Shown here: positions 28,141 through 40,100 of the stretch, in pieces
How the letters are laid out: each line of letters opens with the position of its first letter
How positions within the stretch are numbered: the first letter of the stretch is position 1
DNA from: Stylophora pistillata
Taxonomy: Eukaryota
Reading direction: 5' to 3'
Assembly: GCF_002571385.2 (NCBI RefSeq)
Contig: NW_019218601.1
Span: forward strand, 5,987-69,986
DNA: 64,000 nt
Program-made: the position numbers and the translations under genes
The notes under the pieces: generated by a model
Told to the model about the DNA's origin: nothing
Database searches by the model: none
Seen by the model: the letters and a program-made list of their open reading frames with translations, nothing else

Positions 28141-31100
28141 CGAATATTTATCCAGGATAGCCCTTCAGTACCAAGTACTGTTATCAACGGGGTCCTGCTG
28201 TTAAAAAAAAAAAACCTGTTGATAAAAATATATATATATATATATATTTAACATAATTGTAACATAAATAAGAATAAACAAAAATATTTAAAGAAGACAT
28301 GCACCAGATTAAAACCGTTAAAAACTACAATAAAAAATCACCAGTAAAAAATCGTACAGGGCTTTCCTAAATAAAACTTTAGAATTAATGTTTCTCAAAC
28401 GTAATGGCAATGAATTAAAAAGTGAAGCACCCAAGAAATAAAAACTAAGGCGCGCAAAATCCAACTTCACCTTGGGTAGTTTTATTGATTTCCCATTGTT
28501 TCTAGTGTTTAAGGAATTATGGTGAAAACGTTGAAAATAATTCGTAAATGGGAAACATGTAGTTCCATTGAGGCAGACAAAAACAAAATAGCACGCTTTC
28601 TTTTGCAGAAAGCTGTCAATTGTTAAAAACCGAAGATCGCAGTTCTTCGGACTACATTTCGGGGTAATGACTTTGAGGCTTCGTTTCTCAATGGAGCGGA
28701 TCATGCGCTTGCGGGACTCTGGCCATCCAAGACTATTACAGCCGCAATACATAAATATTGGCATAATCATCGATTGGTAAATTCGTTGGGCACAAAATGT
28801 ATCAATGCTGGAACGGACACGCCGTAAGAGGCAACAAAATTCTGCTAAATCATTATCCATTTTTCACTGCACAAATATTTGTCAAACACTTGCTAATTTT
28901 CCTAGTTCATGTCAGTAGATGCAGTCATTTACTGTATGCTTCTTTGTCGAGCTTTCCACGTATACCATTGTCTAGGGTATTAGGGTCTTTGCAAAACTCT
29001 CCTGCTTCCCTCCGCCCCTCCTTAATCAGGAGATGCCCATATATATCAATGATTAAAACCAGAGTGATACTTGCAGGCCTGGATAAAATTCATGTCAAAA
29101 AAAGCTACTAGGCTGTGACTTCCTAACCTATCTCAAGGGGTACGTAGTCAGATATCACTAATTCCTCTGTGCTTTCTTGAGAAAGTAGTTCTGGTGACAG
29201 CAAGCAACTTGAAGACACTTCCCGACACGACTCGCTATTAGCCAGACCTGCAATGGCTGGGATGTCATCTGACCTGCCTGCGATGGTAACAAACAAAACA
29301 TTTCTTTAGTACCAATTATTGTGCAACGACATTACTTAATGGCAATTACTTACCATATTTAGTACCAACAAAGCACGCATGAATTTCGACATTTATGGCT
29401 AACAACAAATCTCTCTCTTGTACGCTCCAAAAACAATACTTAGTGCAATGGATAACCACTCTCCTCAAGAACCAAAAGGAACATAACGAACTTAACGCAT
29501 TGCATTTCCTAAAATTCATTTCATAATTGAAACGAAAGAAATTAATTTTCTAAAAGATCTTCTCACCATCAGCCACTGAGGTTGTCTGAATGAGCCTAGA
29601 ATTGGAAGGTTCTCCAGGTTCCAGATCACTTAAGTCACCGGGGTACTCTGCCATTTCTGTTTTAAGACTGTTCTTGAGAAGATTCTCTGTATTCCTGTCG
29701 CTCAAGGGTGGGAGCTGGGCTGATAAGTCTGTGTCAAGACTTGTTTTGGAAGGTGTTCTAGTTTCCCAGTCACTCTCGCCAGAGGGCCCAATTGCAGTTC
29801 CTTCAACAAGACTTGTTTTAGAAGGAGTGCCCGTCTCCCAATCACTCCCACCTATGAACTGAGATGCGAATTCTTCGTCTAAGCTTGTTGTCGACATGGT
29901 TGGCACAACTCCTCTTTGTTCTTGAGGAAGACTCTTATCCGGAATTCCTGCTTCCAAGTCACTTGTGGCACAAAGTGGTGTGACTGTATTAACTCTTTCA
30001 CCTGTCTTTGATGATGTTTCCAGAGGACGTATATCAGTGGACTTAGCAACTGTATCAGTTTCAATGGTAGTCTTGGAAAGAGAACTTGACGCATTGGTTG
30101 GTCCACCCACATCCCTCTGAAGACTTGTTTTGGAAGGTGTCCTAACTTCCCAATCACTCCCATCATTGGACGGGACAGTTTCTACTCCTTCAAGACTTGT
30201 TTGGGAAGGTGTCCTAGCCTCCCAATCGCTCCCATCATTGGAAGGAACAGTTTTATCTCCTTCGAGACTTGTTTTGGAAGGTGTTCTAACCTCCCAATCA
30301 CTCCCATCGTTGGACGGGACAATTGCTGCTTCTTCAAGACTCGATTTGGAAGGTGTTCTTACCTCACAGTCATTCCCATCACTGGACGGGACAGTTTCTG
30401 TTTCTTCAGGACTTGCCTTGGAAAGCATTCTACATTCCCGATCATGCGCGTCACCGGGAACTTCAGCTGTCGCTCCAGCTGGACTTATCGGGGAAGAAGA
30501 ACGATTTTCCTTGTCACTGGATGTAAAGGGAGCACGACTGTTGTTTTCAGTTAACGGGTCCCTTTTTTCCATGGGAATTTCCTCCTCACTATTCAAGGGC
30601 TGAGAGGTTATATCATTGACCACTGCAATGTCTACATTTTTAATATTACCATCAGGTTCCTTATCAGCAGAAATTGTGTCTTTCTCAATTTTAATCCTAT
30701 TGGGATCACTGCTTTCCAGCCGCTCCATGACTGTTGCATTAGGCCGACGAGAGTCATACTCATTAATAACGACTTCTTTGTCACTCTCGATTTGATCAGC
30801 ACCCTGGTCACTGTGACCAGGTCCATCACTGCTGACATTTGTGGAATCGACAGATAGGTTTTCACAGTCATCGCTGTTGACCTCACCAGAGATCTCTGTC
30901 TTGTCGTTACCAGTACCTGGCCCTTCAGAAGTTTTCAAGCTGTCTTCCATCTGATAAGAAAGTACAATAATGCGCCTTAGTCCTTGATGAAACAAACAAA
31001 AAATCTGACTGCTTGGAATCAAACCAGTTATCTCCTCATTACCAATCCCTTGCTCTTCCACCGAACTATAGGGTGCTTGGGGTGAGTTAGACTGTCCAAG

Positions 31101-34100
31101 ATAAAAAAAGTTAATGAGACTAAACCCTGGACAATTATGGGAGCAATTTGTTACCACCAAAAGTTTAATACCCGACAGAAATTTAGACAAGGGCTTGCAC
31201 TATTCTATAAAGTATCTTTCTTTTGATAGTCCATTTGGCATATGGGAGAAAAATAAACACGTGAAAAAATAGTAATAATAAAATAAAGTCGATAACAGTT
31301 TGTCACTTGAGGGAGCCGCAATCGACTCTTGACCATCCCAGAGGTGGAGAACGTCTGTATCTTACTCCTTTGAGTGAGTATGCAGTCTTCGGTTTAAGTA
31401 TTGACATTCTTAAAGTTGTTTAGAGTGTAAAGTTACTGATCTTTTTTTATCTCGAGACATCTAATAATTGCTTGAACATGTATGTCCATGCGGTTTAAGA
31501 GGTAAACTATGACGGACATCTAAATTGACAATGTAACCGGTCAAAATAACCGGCAAACTGTAAGTCGGTCCAAATAAAATAAACTTCAGCCTAGCCAGAC
31601 ATATTGTTCTTTTTCCAGCGTTTTGAACACTTTAGGCAGCTAAAGCCACTCGTGTTTAAGTACATGTATGCACTTACTTCTTGATCCCAGTCTTCTTGAG
31701 ATGCTGGTGAATCATCACTTAACTCCTCTTTGGCAATTTTCCACCAAGGTAGCTCGGCATCACTCCTGAGCTGTTTCTCTTTTTGATTGTCGATGTTTGA
31801 CTGGCGAGTATTGATAGCATCTTGCAAAATTGAGTTGAAGTAAGTGATACTTTCGTAAGCCTTCACAATGCTCCGTCCCACGTCATTAGCAATTTCGCAG
31901 CCGTCCATAGCTTCCGTGAAGTACCCGACAGAGACACGACTTTCAGGTCTAAACTTTATATCCTTAAAATAAAGGCTGTTAGCATAGATCCACCTGATGT
32001 CACATCTTCCAACCATCTTTCCACCAAATTTAAAAGGCTCATTGAGCATGGGACAGCTCTGTGTCGGGTCAACAGAGGTTAACATTTCAGCCAAACCGCA
32101 GAATTTGATGAATTTATGTCCTGCAAACAGGAGGAACACTGAGCCCCTGCCTCCATTTCTAACACTGTTCAAGGCCAAATTTAACATTCTATTAGTTCTC
32201 GTATTGGAGCACCAAATATCAAACTTCATGGCTTCGATAATTCGCCTGGGGTCTGACTTGATCAACACAAAACGAGCATATGGTAGTTCCTCCATGCAAA
32301 TCATACTCACAGAGCATTTGTTCAAGATGTAGTTGTACATTGCGACATCAACAACACCAACAGATAAGTGGTTATCTGGCACTGCGTTGCGATAATGCTC
32401 GATTGAAAACACTTCATTGACTTCTGGCCCCAAAGTGGGAGCCTCACTTCCCAGGTGCTGAAAAGTGGATCCTTTTTTGACCAAGAGCTCATAAGCAGGC
32501 ACATCAGTGACCTTTTGCTCTGTCTGCACCTTTTTAGCCACGCCCTCAACTGAATATTCAGAAGTAGGCTCATTTTGTGTCTGGCTTTCAGATGTGGGCA
32601 TGTTTTCAGCTTGATCCTTAAGCCCTGACATCTGATTACCCTGGTGGTCATGCACGAGTACATCTTTGGTTTGGAGTTCAGATGCTGGCATATCATTGGG
32701 TAGGTGGTCAGAACTAGGTACATTGTCGACCTTACTCTCAGACATAAATAATGCTTTGGCAAATGAATCTTGCCCAGGAAGGTGCAGTATACCAGGGATT
32801 CTGGCTTGTTTGGACGCAGGTAGAGAAGATATCTTGTCTAACACTTTATCCCTTTCTGGGGATAAAGGGACAAACTCTTCAGCATCGGGACGAAGTGTTT
32901 GCTTGCTACCAATGATTTCGGCATTGACTGAAATTTTGTCTTTACCAGTGACCTTCTCGTCAGAAACACTGTGCTCAGTGTCTGTCTTTGCCACCGTCTC
33001 TCCAAAGGATACGGCATGTTCACTGTCTACCTCTTGAGCAAGATTGCATGTTCCACCAGTGTCTTGAGTCTGTACTTCACTGGCATCTTTTTGAACCACA
33101 GGTTCTTCGGCATTTGCTTTTGCTTCTCTTGGCTGAGCAGGATGGTCCTCAAGCAAAACAATTAACCACAAATAAGCCATCAAATCTAACGCTGCCACCC
33201 AATACTTGTAATAGCTCTGCCTTTACGTAAATGAACAGTTACCTGGACTTCACAGGCATGAAAAGTGGGTCAATGTAAAAATTGATCTCACTGACTTACA
33301 TATTAGTTCTTTTGGATTGTCTGTCATATGACAATTAAGTCTAGGTCTGGGATGACCCCCTGTCTGTCATATGACAATTAAGTCTAGGTCTGAGATGACC
33401 CCCCCCTGTCTGTCATATGACAATTAAGTCTAGGTCTGAGATGACCCCCCTTGTCTGTCATATGACAGTTAAGTCTAGGTCTAAGATGACCCCCCTTGTC
33501 TGTCATATGACAGTTTAGCCTAGGTCTAAGATGACCCCCCCCCATGAATCAAACCAAGACTTCTTGATCTAGAGTCAAGCACACTTAGCACTAGGTAATC
33601 ACTGTCATTTCAACTGTAAAATTATCAAAACAGGCTTTCATTTACGTGATTAACGAACATTTCATATCCTCCTTCTTGAACAAAAGGTGGTGTGTGCATG
33701 AAAACAGTATTCAACTAAAATGTTGATTTGAAACAAAAGCACTGCAGCCTATGAATTTGCACATTTAAGACTGTTCACTACTCTATCAAATCCCCATGGA
33801 AAAAAATAACAGTGACAATCTGTAGTCATACCTGGAGGTAATAGTACCACAATAGTGAAATAATGTCAACTGGATGTCAACTATATATTGTGAATAAAAT
33901 TGTATGCATATTCTCTTCTATTTGCTGACATTATCTGTAAAATTCAATGCACTTGTATGTATTTCTATTCTCACCTCTGTTGCAAGCTTTTGTTCCTCCA
34001 CTGAAATAATGAATACAACAATAAACAATGCTTCAAGCTCTGGCGAAATAAAATCATTACACTAACCGCCTCCCGGTTAGCTCAATGGATAGAGCGCTGG

Positions 34101-37100
34101 TCTGTTGTGTGGGAGGTTGAAGGTTCGAGCCCCGGCCGGACCAACAATCAGGGTCTTAAAATAATTGAGAAGAATTTGCTGCCTTTCTATAACATCAAGA
34201 AATGGTTAGATATTCTAGTCTTCTCGAATAGGGACGAATAAATGGAGGTCCTGTCTCCTGCAGGGTTGGGGTACGAGACGTTAATTTCCCACACACGAGA
34301 TTACTGTGTGATGGATGTCCATCCCTGGGTGGGATGGGTGGGTTTACAGAGGGCCATGCGTTAGAAAACTCTTTACTGGGTTAATCATGTATTTACCCTC
34401 TTGAAATAAAGAACATTGTATTGTATTGTATTGTATTGTAACATTTGAGGGGTTGCCATGCAAGGTTGATTTAAAAAAACATAGCTCTTTCACTCTTTTA
34501 ATTACCAATTGGATGGGTTTCTGATACATTTTCTCAAAAATTCAACCCTGGGAGTATAAACTTCTGTAAACGTTCTGTATCACAGAACTGATTTTTAACA
34601 CTGACTGCTGTTTTGCCTATGGGAGTGAGGATGCTCAGAGGGACAGGGAGTTGAAGAACTTTTAGAATGGTCTGGAAAACTTAAAATTATCTTACAATTC
34701 AAGTTAGGGAAGCAAAAATCTGATGTGACAAACCTAGTTGAGCCACCTTGCTGTTGATGCACACAGCGTTGTCCCCACAAGTAGACAACAACAGATGATA
34801 GATAACAGTGCCCTTCTTGTCAATGACCTTTTGGATAGCAAAAATAAATAGACAAGAAGCAAGATGAAAACAAAGTAAATTACTTTGCAACCTATAGGTA
34901 ACCACAACCTATAGGTAACCACAACCTATAGGCAACTGTAATAGAGTTTTCACATGTAGAGTATATTGAGGTAAGTGTAATAGGGGTAAGTTTCTAAAGA
35001 AACTGTCGTGCTGCGTTGCATTGGTAGGGGTAACAAGGTAATTTGGTAATATATCAACTAAGATGAAAATTGTAAAATGGCCACCGTAAAGAGTTAAAAA
35101 GCTTTTTAAAATTTACAATTTCAACTTAGTTGATAGTACCAAATTACCTTGAGGTGAGAGTAACTGGCAAGAGATGGTAGACTACGCAGAAGTCTGGGTT
35201 GGCTTTTATGATCTTATTGAAAACTTTGTGCACAACTCTTCTGAATAACAAATGCTAAGGACAAATACATGTACTTCAGAAGTGCAACACATTGAGTCAT
35301 TCACATTCAAGGACCAAAACCCATACGATACTTCCAGAATGTATTGCCAGAAGAAAATTCCAAGTGTCATCAATAAATTGTTCATCAATCAGTCTTAGCC
35401 CTGAGACCAACAGGAAATGAAAAATTGTAATACCATGATAAAATTCTAACCAATATTTCCTGCTGTGCAAAAAACTTACCTGGCCTTGAACTGCTGCCAT
35501 CAATTCTCTACTGAACGTCAGATCTTTGAAGCACCACTTTGCCTGCAAAAGAAAGAAGTTTCGTCTAGCCCCTTACTGCTTTGGACTACTGTATTCTGCC
35601 ACCTCTTCCTGGATAAAATGCTTGTCCTTTGGAAGAAACCCATGTTAAGAAGATGTTAACGAACTTGTGCGCGTGCGACTCACATGCACGTGCTTTGGGA
35701 TTACATAGGTTAATAATATCATAGGCGAATCACACAAACCTTTTTTATCATTGACAAGTGCAATTTTCTTAGAGAAGAGTTGAGAGGTTTTTGGTTTATC
35801 GAGTGGCGGTTTGTTTAACAGTTGTTGTCATTTACCGTGAGTTTACAGTTCTCCATGTTGGAATAAATGTGTTTGCTTTGATTTTCCATTTCACTTCCAA
35901 ACAAACCCCCAAGGGATTCTCCAAGTTAGCCTGCAGCGCAGGTGTCTTATTAGGGCTAGTCAAAAACTTTCCTTCCAAAATTTGAGTTGCCAAACTCAGG
36001 GGGCTGCTTATCATCCAGTGTGGCTTATCTGCCTATCTTATGGTTAAAAGCTGAAAGTTTCTAAAGAAACTGTGACCGTACTGTGTCGGTAGGGGTAACA
36101 AGATAATTGGTTATATCAACTGAGTTGAAATTGTAAATTGGCCACAGTAACGAATAAAAAAGCTGAATGTCAGCTTTTTTATTAGTTAAGGTGGCCAATT
36201 TACAATTTGAACTTAATTGATATAACCAATTACTTTGTTATGGCTACTCAAAGTTGGTGCCTACATTGTTAACAAAAATTCTCATTACCTCATAGGGCAA
36301 TTGAGTATCCAAATTTGATAAAAGGCAAGCTTGAAATGCCTAAAAAAAAAAAGAGAAAGAAAAATGAACAAAGCATGTGGTTTACCTCTGTCTTCTGGAT
36401 GCAGAGCAGTTCAAAATTAAATTTACTATCTAAATGACTGATAGAGCGAGACTCATTAAATCACTTTAAAAATGTTTCCACCACAATACATAGCCTGACT
36501 TTACCTGATATGGGATAAATTTCTCATCCAGATCAGATGAAAGTTCACAAAGAAATGAAGGCACAGATTCCTCAACAAATCCATAGTCGAGAAACCGGAT
36601 CTTACACTGAAAAAGGAATAAAAAAAAATGTACATTCAACATATTGTACCTTTCAAAGTATATTAAGTCTTAAATCAGACATTCCTAAGAATGTGACTCA
36701 AGCAACCAATTCATCTGTCACATGCAGTCCCATCCAAGCATGTAAAGACAAGACTCTCCAAAACCATTAGAGTGATCTAATCCCATAAAGGGAAACTGTG
36801 ATTAGCAATGGGTCATGTAATAGATTAAGTTATTGGTAATAAAAAGTCAAAATTCAATTTCCAGAAAAATAAAAATATTGAGATGAATTTGAGCTGGCCT
36901 TGCCATCATTCAAACATAATATCAATGAGATATAATTCTGTACTTCAAGGCTATTAGAGATCATCATGCCTCACTGCACCCATCATAATTTATTACTAAT
37001 TTCAATCACTTCGTGGTGAGATAAACAATGGTTAAAATCTTGGAAATTATAAAATGTCAATGATGTTTGAACGACATAATGCATTTACCTTTTCAGAGGA

Positions 37101-40100
37101 CGGTACACTTTCAACCCTGGTACGGCAGAACTCCTTGCTCTGTCTGTTAAGAGCTGCACAAAATGTACCTACTTTTGGCACAACAGGGTTTCCAAAGCCA
37201 TGCTTTTTATAATGGTTACTAGAAGAAAAACAAATGCTCCTTGTCATGAGCAATACTAGCAAAGACCTATTCTCCACAAGTGCACAAGCTGAACTATACT
37301 TTACCGGGTATTTAACTTAAGAATTGTGTTTCCTCATACCAATTCAGTTGACAGTTATTGAGAATTATGCATGTTACAGAAAGATAAAACTGCATAGAAT
37401 TTATTAATAGTTGTCCATTTTTAAATGTTTTGTCTGATACCATAAAAGCCTCCCTTTAAAATCAAAATCATGGTAGAACCTTGTGCTCTTAGTAAAAAAG
37501 ATGAGATAAACTTGTTCATTCATATGATACACTGGTTTAGAGGCGTTTTGACATCTCTTGTAAAACTTGTTTTAAAAGTGACCATACTGTTTTCCACACA
37601 TTTCCAACAGCACTGACAATAAGAATCTGTTTAGAAATCAAGAGCTTCTACAGTTGGTTATCATTTCCTTTATTCTCACAACCTCAAAGTTTGATTCAGG
37701 GATGATAATAAAAGGAGAAATTAGATACTAGTCACTCTTTGGATTCAAAAGGGTCAAGGAAGTAGTCATACTTTATGGCCATTACAATCTCCTTTCTCAT
37801 TTCTATTGCTGGTTCTCCTGTCTTGGAAATCCAGAAGGATCCATTCCTTGCCAGTGATCCAATTACGCTGACAGGGAAGACCTCTTTGCCTTTGGAAAGT
37901 CAATAAAACCGATTAAAATTATTCCACCATCTCTTAGTTAAGTCTCTCTCTCTCTGATGTTTTAAAACTAAAAATAACAAACAATTTTAAGTCAACTGTA
38001 CCTTCCATCTCCTTACTGAGTTGAACTTTAGGTTCCTCAGGCACCTCTTGCTCTTCATTGCCAGGTAGTGTGTCCTGGGCAGGGACAGAGGTTGGCTGTT
38101 GGAAGGAATCTGACTCAGAGCTGTCTGGTTGCTTTATAGTCACTGTAGCATTTGTATCTGCAACAGCTTGATCAAGTTCACTGCTACTTTCTTTATCTGG
38201 AGTACTACATTGTATCAGCATGTTGGACACCTAAAAAATGCAAATGTGCAAATTGGGACAAAAATAAACTCAACAGTGCATTCCCAAATGACTAAACACC
38301 ATACAGAAAAAAAAAAAATAATAAGTAAATTGATAAATAAAAGCTGTCTATTACTACAAACTGTCAACTCTTCCATTTTTTTTTGCAAGCCTTTCTTCCC
38401 ATCCACAAATATATTCACCAGATTATTTTTGACTTACTGTATTTACCTACATGCCTAACAAGAATCTATCGACCAAATCTTTTTACCAAACACGATGTTA
38501 TGAACGTTGCCAATCCTTGCTTGACCATCATAGAGTCTCTGCGGCTCAGTGCTAGAGCATCAGAACGCCAATTCCAAAGGTTTGAGGTTTTAATCCTCAT
38601 GGAGACTCATATTTTTTTTCTTGTCTTACACTCATAACTGCAAAGACTAGCAAAAACTAACGATAAAAACCGATGTTTCGGTGTCATCATGACGCCATTG
38701 TCAAGGAGAAATAAAAAATGAAGTTTGTAGCAAGGTGTAACACTAAATTAGCATAAATATGTTACGAGCTAATTAAACAAATACTTTTGCGCGAATTGAA
38801 TCGCTTTGCACGTTCAGAGTGGGTTTTAAGTCCCTGATGAGAAGCATTTCGTTCACCAAACAATCGAACTGTTACTACACTTTTTCAGAATGCTAAAACG
38901 TTTCAGTAGGTCTTTTGGGACTTCGCTGTGCCGTTCATGGTAGTGTTTATATATTGAAGATGCCTTTCGTTTATGTCCATCCACGCGTGTGTGTAAGTGT
39001 CCGCGTGTATAGCCCACATAACCCGCATCACACAGGTCACATTGAAATTGATAAACGACGCGTTGTTGGTTGACAATCTGTGGCTTGATTTCTCGTACTT
39101 TAAGATCTTGGCCAACTTTGCGGCTAACAAATACTGGCTGGACAGTTGTCTGCACCTTCATGCTAAGATTCTTGAGCTCTTTCTTAACATAATTTGCTGA
39201 TTCCTGATCTTTGAAAGGTATGACCACACGAACAATGGATATTGGTCCTTTGGGCGTCTGTGTGGGCTGCGTACCAACAATTCTTGATTGTAAGAAGGTG
39301 TTAATGGTAGAATTTACCAGGCGTTCCGGGTATTTAAGCCGTGCGAAAACTTTCTTTAGGCGATCACACTCATCAGAGAAATGGGCCCAGGAGGAAGATA
39401 ATCGGTGTGCGCAATCCAGCATAGTTTTCAGCAAGCTCCGTTTGTAGCAATTGTCTACATGGCTTTGGTAGTGTAATAGTAGGCCCGTGTTTGTTGGTTT
39501 CACATATACCTTGGTTTCAATCCGACGTGCATGGTTGATTAGTTCGGTGCCAAGGAAAGGAAGCTTGCTGTTCTTCTCCACCTCCACGGTGAATTTGACC
39601 AAAGTGTGATTTCTCTGATGAGTGTGATCGCCTAAAGAAAGTTTTCGCACGGCTTAAATACCCGGAACACCTGGTAAATTCTACCATTAACACCTTACAA
39701 TCAAGAATTGTTGGTACGCAGCCCACACAGACGCCCAAAGAACCAATATCCATTGTCCGTGTGGTCATACCTTTCAAAGATCAGGAATCAGCAAATTATG
39801 TTAAGAAAGAGCTCAAGAATCTTAGCATGAAGGTGCAGACAACTGTCCAGCCAGTATTTGTTAGCCGCAAAGTTGGCCAAGATCTTAAAGTACAAGAAAT
39901 CAAGCCACAGATTGTCAACCAACAACGTGTCGTTTATCAATTTCAATGTGACCTGTGTGATGCGGGTTATGTGGGCTATACACGCGGACACTTACACACA
40001 CGCGTGGATCGACATAAACGAAAGGCATCTTCAATATATAAACACTACCACGAACGGCACAGCGAAGTCCCGAAAGACCTACTGAAACGTTTTAGCATTC

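Noticed and set aside
29590-33230. Several plus-strand ORFs overlapping the large exons
   Set aside because: Antisense shadows of the repeat-rich, stop-poor minus-strand coding exons.
33317-33543. Regular repeat with internal palindrome, superficially CRISPR-like
   Set aside because: No unique spacers, no cas genes, and it lies in a eukaryotic intron. It is a minisatellite.
34066-34145. Possible tRNA gene
   Set aside because: The acceptor and anticodon stems are imperfect and it continues into a SINE body.
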